Source: Kofleriaceae bacterium (lineage in GTDB: Bacteria > Myxococcota_A > Polyangia > Haliangiales > Haliangiaceae). From it: DNA of 64,000 nt. How positions within the stretch are numbered: position 1 is the first letter of the stretch; each line of letters starts with the position of its first letter. The notes beneath the pieces were generated by a model. It did no database searches. It was given only the letters and a program-made list of their open reading frames with translations, and was not told where the DNA came from. The position numbers and the translations under genes are program-made. The stretch spans positions 336,242 through 400,241 of the forward strand of contig DASTLB010000022.1 in the NCBI GenBank assembly GCA_035715365.1. The letters are read 5' to 3'. Of the stretch, positions 35,801-44,845 are shown in pieces.

Positions 35801-36505
35801 CGACTTCGAGTAGTCCGCGGTGATCGCGGTCTGCTCGGGCGCGTTCGGATCGGGCGGCGCCTTCTCGTTCGCGGCGAGCCGCGCCTCGACCTCCTCGTCG
35901 GCCTGATCGAGGTAGAGGTCGGCCAGCCGGAACATCGCGTCCGGCGTGAACGTCTCGTGCGCCGGGTGGTTCTGGAGGAACGCCTCGAGCAGCGCGATCG
36001 TGTCGCCGTGGTGCTTGCTGCGCGACGCCTCGATCTTCGCGATCCGGTCGGCGTACTTGTTGTTGAGATCGGTCGTGCGGGTGTCGAACTCGCGCTTGGC
36101 GATCGTTCGCATCCGCGTGTCCTGCTCGTTCGCGGCCTGGATGAAGCGCTCGTACTCGCCCTCGATATCCTTGAGCGCCTCGAGCTCCTTCGCGTTGAGC
36201 GTCAGCGGCTTGATATCGACGGGCTTCGCCGGCTGCGTCGGCTGGGTCGGGACCGGCTGCTTGCCGAGCCCTGGACCGTTCGGCGCATCCTGGACCGGGA
36301 CCGGGTTCGCCGAGCCCGAGCCGTTGCCGGTCGGTGCCGGCGGCGTCGTTGTCGTCGGTGCAGAACCACTGCCGCTGCCGGTCGGCGCCGGTGCGCTGCC
36401 GCTGTCGGTGGTCGTCGGCGTCGAGCCCGGCTGCGCGATCGCGAGCGTCGAGGCGACCGTCGTCGCGATCAGCGCGGCGAGCACCGCGCGAGTGCGTGAC
36501 TTCAT
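32828..36505 (-). CDS. Large (1225 aa) secreted TPR-rich protein, same size and architecture as AgmU/GltD (NfsD)
   Basis: Signal peptide MKSRTRAVLAALIATTVASTLAIA, Thr/Pro/Gly-rich linker, then extended TPR-like helical repeats throughout. ATG 36505 overlaps the upstream stop (ATGA). Confidence 0.55.
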   Translation of the reverse strand: MKSRTRAVLAALIATTVASTLAIAQPGSTPTTTDSGSAPAPTGSGSGSAPTTTTPPAPTGNGSGSANPVPVQDAPNGPGLGKQPVPTQPTQPAKPVDIKPLTLNAKELEALKDIEGEYERFIQAANEQDTRMRTIAKREFDTRTTDLNNKYADRIAKIEASRSKHHGDTIALLEAFLQNHPAHETFTPDAMFRLADLYLDQADEEVEARLAANEKAPPDPNAPEQTAITADYSKSLALWEQILTKFPNYRQTPSTLYLLAYYGKTKDERKSLQVFLALACANQYKWNGAPPKPPTREEALKRVERKQLRDPYATCQPYPNSEVELIRHAWVRGIADYHFTVPGELDEAIAAYLKVAEGGQDSKLYAESLYKLAWSYYKRDKLEDSIKRFDQSVKLYDQIVAQGGIPALELRDESIQYISVAMTDPWEGETDTNPVKAMERAKAFYKGRENEPHVRDVWVAMGKAFAELQAWDQAVDAYRIAIGPPWELHPNNPVVHQEIVNVFELKGDKYAADNAAAELATKYACPGTAWCQANEHDRVAMDNQRRIAERALYAAARNTHAAATQMRKDYEAAKSKDPAAKQEYLAMYAKAVDLYRQFVNTYPESDYTYEFTYNQGEALYWSERYPEAIVAYTWVRDHRDLGTAFYIDAARSIVQSYEAEAQKLVAEGKLQPLKIPTSAELKALPQPWQPQPIPDIYLKLQAEYDNYQNVVNDPAAAPQQGTNAALISLAYFHIDDAIARFTKVMDKFCGQAYAAKAKDGILAIYEAQSNFDAIEATNKRFINAKCGDKATLDAAIAQNRSLNFSRANALYAEKQYTQAAEAFYRFYKTAPPTDPDLPVALYNAAVSYKLADRPKTAISLFKEFAANPAKNFRESPYYLDALRLQASTYQAAFDYNNAVRTYLDLHATVKKAKQLKIKPPEPLPGEQPRTLDQIGLDALYNAALASELNRDFKKAIDLYKQYGNEEKDRTKLDRALKSIGGIYRQSGDVNSMEETYAKWRARYAKDSPENADFSVQTYYDAAALRKKKGQTVAAKKAGEDTIKEWKRLGATKGSAGAKLAGEWELSFAEDYYASKWEPYEIKKAAKNIKEAEAQGKALQAEKTKAEDQYLKLDQYGVAEMSMAAKVRYAEIQYSYATKLANAPIPTPVANASNPEILEKYQAQLDANVKKYLDEAKAQWIAVLDAAKKGGISNKWSRLAQENLGREFPQEFTVLRQEIVQGTEAP

Positions 36506-39012
36506 GGCGTACCTCCGCCCGTCTTCGGCTGCGTCGTCGTCTTCTTGGCCGGCGTCTTGGCCGGCGCCTTCTTCGGCTGCGTCGTCGTATCGCCGGGCTT
36601 CACGGTCGGCTGCGCGGGCGTCTTGTCGCCCTCGCCGCCGGGCTTGATCCGACCCTCGCCGTTGCCCTTGTCGGGGCTGCCGGCGGGCGGCTTCGGCTCG
36701 GTGCCGGGCTCGGTCGTCGGCGCCGGCTTCGGCGTCGGCTGCAGCACGGTCGCGGGCTGGAGCACGTCGCGGAACTCGTCCTTGAGCTGCTTGAGCTCGC
36801 GGGCGCGCGACAGGTTCAGCCGCTTCAGATCGTCGTCGTCATCTTCCTTCTGGGCCCAGCTGACGTCGACGTTGCCGACGTCGGTGCGGATCACGATGTC
36901 GTAGAACTTGTCCTTGACGTCCTTGAAGCTCGCGCCGAGCACGGTGCCACCGATCGAGCGCGACTCCGCGGACAGCTCGTCGAGCTCGCGCTTCATCCCG
37001 CCGAGGCTCGCCTTCTCCTGCGCGAGCGAGGTCTTGACCTGCTGCATGCCGGTGTCGACCGCGGCGTCGATCGCGGCCTCGGTGCGGTCGAGATCGTCGG
37101 CGAGCCGAGCCGCGCGCTCCGCGAGCTGCGCCGCCTTGCCGCTGCCGCGCAGCGACTTGAATTCCGCGTCCTCGGCGGCCTTGACCTGCGTGCGCAGATC
37201 GCGCGCCTTCTTCGTGTTCTCGTCGCCGACCGCGGCGAGGTCGCGGCCGAGCACGATCTCGCGCTGGACATCCTGGATCTCGTCCTCGATCGCCTGCGCT
37301 TCCTTCGCCGCCTCGTCGAGCGACTTGATGAGGTTCGTCTTCGCGGTCGCGTCCATCGCCGGCTTCGCGTCGGTTGCGTACTTGCGCATCGCGACCGCCA
37401 TCGCCTGCGTCGAGTCGATCGCGCTCGACACCTCGCCGGCCGCGGTCTCGACCGCGTCGTAGTCCGCCTGTGCCTTCGAGATCATGTCGACGCGCGCCTG
37501 CTCGGCGTTCGGCATCGCGAGGTACTGACCGACGAGCGCCTTGCGATTGGCGTCGCTGCCGCCCAGCTGATCGTGGAGATCGCTGCGCAGCTTGATCAGC
37601 TCGCGCTGCATCTCGCCGATCCGCGACCGCCGCGTCTGCAGCGCCGGATAGACCGCGGTGCGATCGTTCGCGGCGAGCACGCCCTCGAGCCGCGCGATGA
37701 TCGCCTCGGACTGCGCGATGTTCGACTCGACCTCGCCGAGATCGGTCTCGACCTCGAGCGCGCGCTGGACCTCGGGCTCCTCGCGCAGGTACTGCGCGGC
37801 GGCCTCGGGCATCGGCGCGGTGGTCTGGAACACGTGCGCGTTGCGGCCCGCGAGCTGCGAGAGGTACTGGCCCGCGTCGGCCTTCGTGTCGACCATCTGC
37901 GCGAGCGCCTCGTACGACGGCGCGTACATGTCGTGGGTCTCGGTGAAGACCTTGTTCGCCTTGTCGTACTCGGCGGCGGGGTCCGCGTTGCGGACGTTGA
38001 CGTCGAGCGTGCCGATGATCTGCGCCTGGCGGATCATCTGCGCCTTGCGGATCCGCAGGTTGCCCTCGAGGATGCGCACGGTCGGCGTCTTGTGCGACTC
38101 GGGCTCGGACTGCGCGAGCAGCTCGAGCGCGCGCAGCGCCTTGTCGTACTGCTTGCTCTTCACGTAGACCCACGCGACCTCGTACAGCGCGTCCGGGAAC
38201 AGATCGCTGTGGCGATCGACGAGCAGGTAGCTGTCGATCGACTTCGAGGGCTGGTTCTGCTCGTAGTAGAGCCGGCCGAGCGCGAGCTGCGACAGCTCGA
38301 TGATCCGGCGATCCTGCGCGGTCTTCGGCTTGCGGCCGACGAGATCGACGTAGATCTCGGTCGCCTTCGCGAGCTCCTTCTTCGCGACGAGCGTCGTCGC
38401 GGTGTAGTACGCGGCCTGCATCTCGTGCTCGTTGCCCTTCGGCACGAGCGCGAACGCGGCGAGCGCGTCGTCGAGCTTGCCCTCGTTGAACGCGAGCTTG
38501 CCCTTGACGTACGCGACGTCGGTCGCGTGCGGACCGCTCGCCATGCCGTTGAGCTGCGAGACGTACGGCGCGACCGCCTGGGTATCGCGCTGCGCGATCC
38601 CGATCTCGACGATGCGCAGCACCGCGGTCTGGTAGTACTTGCCGCCCGCGTTGTTCTGACCGGCGAGCTGCTCGAAGTACGTGCGCGCGCCGCCGCGATC
38701 GCCCTTCTGGTACAGCGACTCGGCGAGGTAGTACGTCGCGGTCTCCTGATCGGGCCCGGGCTTGCTCGCGAGATCGAACAGTGCGAGCGCCGCCTCGTCG
38801 TAATCACCGAGCGAGAACGCGATCTGCGCGTCGACGAGCTTGCGCTGATGCTGCGCACCGGACAGCTGGTTCGGCGTCGGCAGATCGGTACCGAGCTGGC
38901 GCGCTTCGGACTCGAGCGCGGTCAGGCGTTGTTCGGCGTCGGCGCCGGCCGTGCTCGGCAGGCACAGCGCGCCCAACGTACCCAGGAGGAACGACGCAAG
39001 CCTGCGATGCAT
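36502..39012 (-). CDS. TPR/coiled-coil periplasmic protein (836 aa; GltC/NfsC-like) with a Pro/Thr/Lys-rich C-terminal tail
   Basis: Signal peptide MHRRLASFLLGTLGALCLPSTAGA, N-terminal TPR repeats, a long coiled-coil middle, and C-terminal PTPKPAPTTEPGTEPKPPAG... low-complexity tail. Confidence 0.5.
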   Translation of the reverse strand: MHRRLASFLLGTLGALCLPSTAGADAEQRLTALESEARQLGTDLPTPNQLSGAQHQRKLVDAQIAFSLGDYDEAALALFDLASKPGPDQETATYYLAESLYQKGDRGGARTYFEQLAGQNNAGGKYYQTAVLRIVEIGIAQRDTQAVAPYVSQLNGMASGPHATDVAYVKGKLAFNEGKLDDALAAFALVPKGNEHEMQAAYYTATTLVAKKELAKATEIYVDLVGRKPKTAQDRRIIELSQLALGRLYYEQNQPSKSIDSYLLVDRHSDLFPDALYEVAWVYVKSKQYDKALRALELLAQSEPESHKTPTVRILEGNLRIRKAQMIRQAQIIGTLDVNVRNADPAAEYDKANKVFTETHDMYAPSYEALAQMVDTKADAGQYLSQLAGRNAHVFQTTAPMPEAAAQYLREEPEVQRALEVETDLGEVESNIAQSEAIIARLEGVLAANDRTAVYPALQTRRSRIGEMQRELIKLRSDLHDQLGGSDANRKALVGQYLAMPNAEQARVDMISKAQADYDAVETAAGEVSSAIDSTQAMAVAMRKYATDAKPAMDATAKTNLIKSLDEAAKEAQAIEDEIQDVQREIVLGRDLAAVGDENTKKARDLRTQVKAAEDAEFKSLRGSGKAAQLAERAARLADDLDRTEAAIDAAVDTGMQQVKTSLAQEKASLGGMKRELDELSAESRSIGGTVLGASFKDVKDKFYDIVIRTDVGNVDVSWAQKEDDDDDLKRLNLSRARELKQLKDEFRDVLQPATVLQPTPKPAPTTEPGTEPKPPAGSPDKGNGEGRIKPGGEGDKTPAQPTVKPGDTTTQPKKAPAKTPAKKTTTQPKTGGGTP

Positions 39013-39015
39013 GAT

Positions 39016-39846
39016 TCACTTCCCCGGCGGTGGAGTGGTGGTTCCGGTGGGCGTCGGCGCGGGCGGAGTCGGCGCGGGCTTGTCCGGCACGACCTCGGTC
39101 ACCTTGCACTCGACCGCGGCGCGCTTCTCGAGCGGCACGGTCGGGCCACCCTTCTCGTAGCCCTTGCAGTCGACCTTCTGGACCTTGCCCTCGCCGGCGA
39201 CGAACGACTGCGCGCCCTTCGCGGTGAACGTGTACTTCGAGAGGTACTCGAACACGCCGTAGCCGTGACCGCGGTAGATCGCGACGACGCTGAGGTTGTG
39301 GTTGCCCGGCGCGATCGGCCCCGAGAAGATGTCGAAGCTCTTCGTCTTGTAGAGGCTCTCGCCGGTCTCGTCGGTGCGCGCGAACACCTGCGTACCGTCG
39401 AGCGAGTAGATCAGCTTCGTCAGCCGGAACGAGCTGCCCATCTCGTTCGAGTGCGTGACGAGCGTCTGCGCGCCGACGCCACCGCCGAGCATCTGCTCCT
39501 TGAGCATCTGCACGCGCGCCTTGAGCTGCCACGCGCGCTCCTTGAGCGCCTGCGTCTTCTGCTCGAGCCGGCGCATCCGCACCGCGGTCGGCATATCCGC
39601 GGGCGGCACCGTCGACGGATCGGTCTTCGCGACGGGCGTCGGAGCCGGCGTGTTCGACGCGGTCGGTCCCGCGCTACCGGTGTCCGATCCGCTACCGGTC
39701 GCCGGCGCCTTGTCCTTCGAGGGCGTGCCCTTCGCCGGGGTCTTGGCAGTCGTCCCCGTGCCCTTCTTGTCCGCCGCTGGCTGCGCCGTGACAGCGCCCG
39801 CGATCAACAGCGACGACATGACCACAACACTCGAAGTAGCTCGCAT
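39016..39846 (-). CDS. Secreted protein (276 aa), first gene of the Glt/Nfs-like operon; Thr/Pro-rich N-terminal region, short coiled coil, C-terminal globular domain
   Basis: Signal peptide MRATSSVVVMSSLLIAGAVTA. No recognisable catalytic motif. Confidence 0.45.
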   Translation of the reverse strand: MRATSSVVVMSSLLIAGAVTAQPAADKKGTGTTAKTPAKGTPSKDKAPATGSGSDTGSAGPTASNTPAPTPVAKTDPSTVPPADMPTAVRMRRLEQKTQALKERAWQLKARVQMLKEQMLGGGVGAQTLVTHSNEMGSSFRLTKLIYSLDGTQVFARTDETGESLYKTKSFDIFSGPIAPGNHNLSVVAIYRGHGYGVFEYLSKYTFTAKGAQSFVAGEGKVQKVDCKGYEKGGPTVPLEKRAAVECKVTEVVPDKPAPTPPAPTPTGTTTPPPGK

Positions 39847-39991
39847 GCCTGGCTCTCCAACCGGCTCTCACCGGTTCTTGATTTGCGCTGGATGTACCGT
39901 GTCTCTCAGCGCAGTTTTTCCGTTTGGAATGGCCCGGTTGTAACACCCGGTTCCGGGCTTCTCAAGCAGACCGCTCCTCGGTTTTCGCATC

Positions 39992-41014
39992 TCACCCGTG
40001 CCTCTTGTCGCCGGGCCTCACGAGATGGGACCACAACGTCTCCAAGATCACAGCGATCCCTTCGCCGGTCGCTGCGGACATCGTGAATAGCTTCACGCCG
40101 ATCGCCTCGAACGCGGCCACGATCTCGTCGATCCGATCACGCTCGAGCGCATCGACCTTGTTGAGCGCGACGACTTGTGGCTTGTCCGCGAGGTGCGGGG
40201 CAAACCGCCCCAGCTCCGCATTGATCACGTGGAAGTCGCGCACCGGATCGCGATCCGGTCCGGTCGTGAACGTCGCGTCGATGATGTGCAGCAGCACGCG
40301 GCAGCGCTCGACGTGGCGCAGGAACTGGAGCCCGAGCCCCGCGCCCTCGGCCGCGCCTTCGATCAGCCCGGGGATGTCGGCGATCACGAAGTTGCGCTCG
40401 TCGGACAGCGGCACGACGCCGAGGTTCGGCACGAGCGTCGTGAACGGATAGTCCGCGATCTTCGGCCGCGCGCGCGACACGTGCGAGATGAACGTCGACT
40501 TGCCGACGTTGGGAAACCCGAGCAGCCCGACGTCGGCGAGCAGCTTGAGCTCGAGCCGCACCGTGCGCTCCTCGCCGGGAGTTCCGGGCTCGGCGTCGCG
40601 CGGCGCCTGGTTCCACGGCGTCTTGAAGTGGATGTTGCCGCGCCCGCCCTTGCCACCCTGCGCGAGCACGAACGACGCGCCATCCTCGGCGAGATCGGCG
40701 AGGGGCGTCTCGCTGCCCTCCTCGAAGATCATCGTGCCGACCGGGACCTTCAGCGTGAGATCCTCGCCGCGCGCGCCGTATTGATCCTTGTTGCGGCCGT
40801 CCTCGCCGCGATCGGCCTTGTAGTGCCGGCGATACTTGAAGTCGAGCAGCGACGACAGCCGTGAGTCGGCGAGCACGATCACGCTGCCGCCATCGCCACC
40901 GTCGCCGCCGGAGGGCCCACCGCGCGGCACACCATCCTCGCGCCGGAACGCAGCGGACCCGTTGCCGCCGTCCCCGGCCTTCACGTGGATGAGGGCCTCG
41001 TCGATGAACTGCAT
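39992..41014 (-). CDS. obg: GTPase ObgE/CgtA
   Basis: Obg fold N-terminus FIDEALIHVKAGDGGNG...GGDGGDGG. G-domain motifs GFPNVGKST (G1), DIPGLIEGA (G3), NKVD (G4). Confidence 0.95.
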   Translation of the reverse strand: MQFIDEALIHVKAGDGGNGSAAFRREDGVPRGGPSGGDGGDGGSVIVLADSRLSSLLDFKYRRHYKADRGEDGRNKDQYGARGEDLTLKVPVGTMIFEEGSETPLADLAEDGASFVLAQGGKGGRGNIHFKTPWNQAPRDAEPGTPGEERTVRLELKLLADVGLLGFPNVGKSTFISHVSRARPKIADYPFTTLVPNLGVVPLSDERNFVIADIPGLIEGAAEGAGLGLQFLRHVERCRVLLHIIDATFTTGPDRDPVRDFHVINAELGRFAPHLADKPQVVALNKVDALERDRIDEIVAAFEAIGVKLFTMSAATGEGIAVILETLWSHLVRPGDKRHG

Positions 41015-41161
41015 CAGCCGATCGAGATCTATGGCTGATCCTCGACGCGATCGCCAGCGCGGATGCCACGTGAAACGGTTGCCTGCACGAGCGCGCCTCC
41101 GTCATGCAGATCACGCGCGTTGCGCGATTGTCGGATCTGCAGTTTTCGGTAACGTGCATGC

Positions 41162-42382
41162 ATGCCCGCGCGCGACGCCGCGAGCGATCCGCAGCCGCCG
41201 AAGGTCGCGAGCGAACCGCCGAAGGGGATCGCGCGTCCGCCGATGACGACGACCGGCGTCGTCGCGCTGCTGCACGGCCGCGTCGCGCCGATCGTGCTAT
41301 CGCGCGCCGCTCGTGCGCGCTGGCTCGATGTGTGGACGCGCGCGGTGATCGTGCCAGCGTGGCGCCGCGCCTCCGCCGTGTGGGTCGGCACCGCGATCGT
41401 CGCAGCGGTCATCTTCGGCCCGACCGGCATGAGCCCCGGCGATCTCACCGGGCTCGCGCTGCACAACCCCGGCGTCGGCGCGATGCTCGGCACGACGTGG
41501 CTGCTCGTGTTCGCACCGACCGCGCGCCTGCTCGTGCGCGGCGATGCCGCGAGCTACCTGCGGTCGCTGCCCGGCCCGACCGTGGCGCCGATCGTGCTCG
41601 CCGTCGCAGCGCTCGTCGGGCTCCAGCTGCCGTGGCTCCTGCTCTGGGTGATCGGCGAGGGCCTGCTCGGGCTCGGCGTCGTCGCCGCGCTCACCGCGGT
41701 GATCCTCGTGCTCGCGCGCTGGCGCCCGCCGCAGCTGCGCGCGAGGTGGCCGGGCTGGAAGCGCGATGGCGAGGCGCTGCGGGCGATCCATGTCCGCGCG
41801 CTGCGCCGGCGCGCCGGCGACGCGATCGTGCGCGGCGCGGGCCTCTCGATCCTCGCGGGCGTCGCGGCCGGCCTGTTCATCCGCAACAACGCGCTCGCGG
41901 GCGCGGACGCCGCGACGATCGGCGCCTCGGTGATCGTGATCGTGCTCGTCCCCGCGCAGGTCGGCGTGCTGCTCGTGATTTTGGCGACCCATCGCTCGAC
42001 CGCGTGGCTCGCGAGCTCGCTCGGGATCTCGCACGCCGCGCGCGTCGCCGCCGTGCTCTACGCGATCCTCGTCGTCGAGCTTGTCGCGACCGCGATCGCC
42101 GTCGGTGCTGCGTGCGTGCTCGTCGAGCCCGATCCGCGGACCGCGACGTGGCTCGCGTCGACCGCGGGCGTCGTCGCGGTCGCCTCGGCGATGGCGACCA
42201 CGCGCGTGCTGCTCGGCGACGAGGCCTCGGTCACGATCGCGTCGCGCGCGGTCGCCGGCTCGGTCCTCGTCGCCGCGATCGCCGTGCTCTGCCTCGGCAC
42301 GTTCGGCGAGCTCGGCGCGATCGCGTTCGTCGCGACCGCCGCGCTCGCGCTGTTCACGGTCAAGCCCGTGGTGCCCGCATGA
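41162..42382 (+). CDS. Polytopic membrane protein, probable ABC-transporter permease partner (start uncertain; an alternative ATG is at about 41243)
   Basis: Ten or more hydrophobic helices. Stop overlaps the start of the downstream ABC ATPase (ATGA). Confidence 0.55.
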   Translation: MPARDAASDPQPPKVASEPPKGIARPPMTTTGVVALLHGRVAPIVLSRAARARWLDVWTRAVIVPAWRRASAVWVGTAIVAAVIFGPTGMSPGDLTGLALHNPGVGAMLGTTWLLVFAPTARLLVRGDAASYLRSLPGPTVAPIVLAVAALVGLQLPWLLLWVIGEGLLGLGVVAALTAVILVLARWRPPQLRARWPGWKRDGEALRAIHVRALRRRAGDAIVRGAGLSILAGVAAGLFIRNNALAGADAATIGASVIVIVLVPAQVGVLLVILATHRSTAWLASSLGISHAARVAAVLYAILVVELVATAIAVGAACVLVEPDPRTATWLASTAGVVAVASAMATTRVLLGDEASVTIASRAVAGSVLVAAIAVLCLGTFGELGAIAFVATAALALFTVKPVVPA

Positions 42383-42996
42383 GCCTGCTCGACCTCGAAC
42401 GGCTCACGATCCGGCGCGGCGGCCGCACGATCGTCGACGACATGGCGCTCGCACTCGCGCCCGGCGAGATCCTCGGCGTCGTCGGCAAGAACGGCTGCGG
42501 CAAGACCACGTTGCTGTCGTGCATCGCCGGCGTCCTGCCTCCGCACGACGGCCGCGTGCTCGTCGACGGCGCCTCGGTGTGGGGCTCGCGCCGCGAGCGT
42601 CAGCGCGCCCGCCACACGCTCGGCTACGTCCCCGAGGCTGCGGACCCGCCCGGGTTCTTGCTCGGCACCGAGCTGTGGTCGCTGTGCGCCGCCGTGCGCG
42701 ATGCCGGCCCGCCGTCGCAATCGCTGCGCGACGCGCTCGGCCTCGACGAGTTGCGCGACGTCGCGCTCGAACGGATGTCGCTCGGCCAGCGCCGCCGCGC
42801 GTGCCTCGGCGCCGCGTTCGTCGGACCGCCGAAGCTGCTCGTGCTCGACGAGCCGGACAATGGTCTCGACATCAAGCGGCTCGACGCGATCGTCACGCTG
42901 ATCAAGGCGCACGCCGACGATGGCGGCGCCACGATCCTCGCGTCGCACGATGCGGCGCTGCTCGATCAGCTCGGCGCGCGCATCGTGACGATGTAG
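42379..42996 (+). CDS. ABC transporter ATP-binding protein
   Basis: Walker A GKNGCGKTT, signature LSLGQRRR, and Walker B LLVLDEPDNGLD. True start MSLLDLERL; the track ORF 41104-42996 has a spurious N-terminus. Confidence 0.85.
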   Translation: MSLLDLERLTIRRGGRTIVDDMALALAPGEILGVVGKNGCGKTTLLSCIAGVLPPHDGRVLVDGASVWGSRRERQRARHTLGYVPEAADPPGFLLGTELWSLCAAVRDAGPPSQSLRDALGLDELRDVALERMSLGQRRRACLGAAFVGPPKLLVLDEPDNGLDIKRLDAIVTLIKAHADDGGATILASHDAALLDQLGARIVTM

Positions 42997-42999
42997 CGC

Positions 43000-44790
43000 T
43001 CAGCGCACGAGCTGCATCAGGTGCCAGCGCTGCGCGTGCACGCGATCTTGCGCCGCCTCCTGCGCCTGCTGCGAGGTTCGCGTCACCATCACCGTCAGCG
43101 TGAACTGCGCGCCGATCACGAGCGACAGCACGAGCGCGGTCACGAGCGGCGTCAGCTCGAGCGTCCACGATTGCAGCACGAGCTGGCCGCCGCGCGTCGT
43201 GAACGTCGACGGCAGCACGCCGACGAGCTCGAGCCCGATGAGCAACACGAACGGCGCGAGGTGGCCGGCGACGGTGACCGCTGCGGAGTAGCGCACCGGT
43301 TGCGACAGGAACACGCCGAGCGATCCGATCAGCAGGATCGGCATCGCGAGCAGCGGACCGAAGATCAGGCCGGCGCCGATCAGCAGCAGGCTGTTGAGGC
43401 CGAGCAAGACGAGGTACCACGGCGTGCGCATCGAGCGCGGCGCGCGTGCGACGTACGCCGTCGTCACGGCCATGACGAGGCACAGCCCGATCGTCGAGAG
43501 GATTGGCCACACCGCGTGCGTTGGCATCAGCAGCAGGATCGAGGCGAGCGCGGCGATCCCGATGTAGCTCGCGACGCCGAGGCGCAGCGCGTGCTGGCGT
43601 GCGATCGCGCGCTCGTGGTCGGCAGCGGCGAGCGCCTCGGCCGGGACCGTTTCGGGCGCGTCGATCAGCAGGCGCGCGAGCACCTGCTGGGCATCCTGGT
43701 TCGTCGCGTCGAGCGCGATCGCGCGGCCGGCCTCGCGCATCGCGAGCGCGCGCGCGTCGTCGCCGGCGCGGGTCATCGCGTCGCGGGCGAGCCGCGCGTG
43801 CTCGGCCGCGAGCTCGCGCCGGCGCGTCGTGTCGCGATCGCCGTCGAGATAGGCCTGGATACCGTCGGCGAGCTCGCGCGCGGTCGGCCGTGCGGCGGGA
43901 TCGAGCGCGGTCGCGCGCGCACACAGCGCGTCGAGCTCGGGCGGCACGTCGGGCGAGCGTTCGCCCGGACGGTGGCACGTGGCCTCGAGGACCGCGGTGA
44001 TGCCCGCGGCTCCGCGCGGCAACGCGGCGCTGCCGGCCACGATCTCGTAGAGCACGAGCCCGAGCGAGAACACGTCGGCCGGGGGGCCGACCGTGCCACC
44101 GCGCGCTTGCTCCGGCGCCATGTAGCCCGGCGTACCGAGCAGCTCGCCCTCGGCGGTGTGCGTATCATCGAGCGGCAGCACCGGACGAGCCGCGCGCGGC
44201 TTGCCCGGGATCGAGGAGTCGCCGTCGCGCTTCGCGAGGCCCCAGTCGAGGACGTAGACCTCGCCGAAGTCGCCGAGCATGATGTTCGATGGCTTGACGT
44301 CACGATGGATGATGCCGCGCGTGTGCGCGAGCTCGAGCGCGAGCGCGACGTCGACGAGCCGGCCGAGCAGCAGGCGGCGCGGCCAGCGCGCGTCGCCGTC
44401 GAGCAGCGCGTCGGCGAGCGTCGTGCCGGCGAGCCGCTTCATGACGAAGAACGGCGTGCCGTCGCGATCGACGCCGAGATCGTGGACCGGCACGATCGCG
44501 GGATGCTCGAGCGCGCCCTGAAGCTGGGCTTCGCGGACGAACCGCGCAGCGATCACGCGATCGCGCATGTCGTCGCGCAGTCGCTTCACCGCGACCTCGC
44601 GATCCATCCGCAGATCGCGCGCGGCGCGGACCTCGCCCATGCCGCCGCGACCGAGCACGGGGCCGAGGTCGTAGCGAGCGCCGTCGTCGCCGGCGATCAG
44701 CGACGCCAGCGAGGTCCGCGACGTCGTCGACGGTGACGCCGGCGTGCCCTCGGCAGCCAGCGTCTCGGGAAGCGTATCGTCTTCGCTCAC
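43000..44790 (-). CDS. Ser/Thr protein kinase with a C-terminal polytopic membrane domain
   Basis: Motifs GRGGMGEVRAA, VAVK, HRDVKPSNIM, DWGLA and GTPGYMAPE. About 5 C-terminal TM helices. Confidence 0.85.
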   Translation of the reverse strand: MSEDDTLPETLAAEGTPASPSTTSRTSLASLIAGDDGARYDLGPVLGRGGMGEVRAARDLRMDREVAVKRLRDDMRDRVIAARFVREAQLQGALEHPAIVPVHDLGVDRDGTPFFVMKRLAGTTLADALLDGDARWPRRLLLGRLVDVALALELAHTRGIIHRDVKPSNIMLGDFGEVYVLDWGLAKRDGDSSIPGKPRAARPVLPLDDTHTAEGELLGTPGYMAPEQARGGTVGPPADVFSLGLVLYEIVAGSAALPRGAAGITAVLEATCHRPGERSPDVPPELDALCARATALDPAARPTARELADGIQAYLDGDRDTTRRRELAAEHARLARDAMTRAGDDARALAMREAGRAIALDATNQDAQQVLARLLIDAPETVPAEALAAADHERAIARQHALRLGVASYIGIAALASILLLMPTHAVWPILSTIGLCLVMAVTTAYVARAPRSMRTPWYLVLLGLNSLLLIGAGLIFGPLLAMPILLIGSLGVFLSQPVRYSAAVTVAGHLAPFVLLIGLELVGVLPSTFTTRGGQLVLQSWTLELTPLVTALVLSLVIGAQFTLTVMVTRTSQQAQEAAQDRVHAQRWHLMQLVR

Positions 44791-44845
44791 ATCGACGAGC
44801 TTAGGCGGAGCGCCGGCTCGGACGTGAAGAAACGACGCGCGGGAA

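Noticed and set aside
41154-41163. 10-bp perfect palindrome GCATGCATGC as a restriction/regulatory site
   Set aside because: Short (CATG)n-type palindromes arise easily by chance. It is kept only as part of the larger nested-repeat observation, not as a feature.
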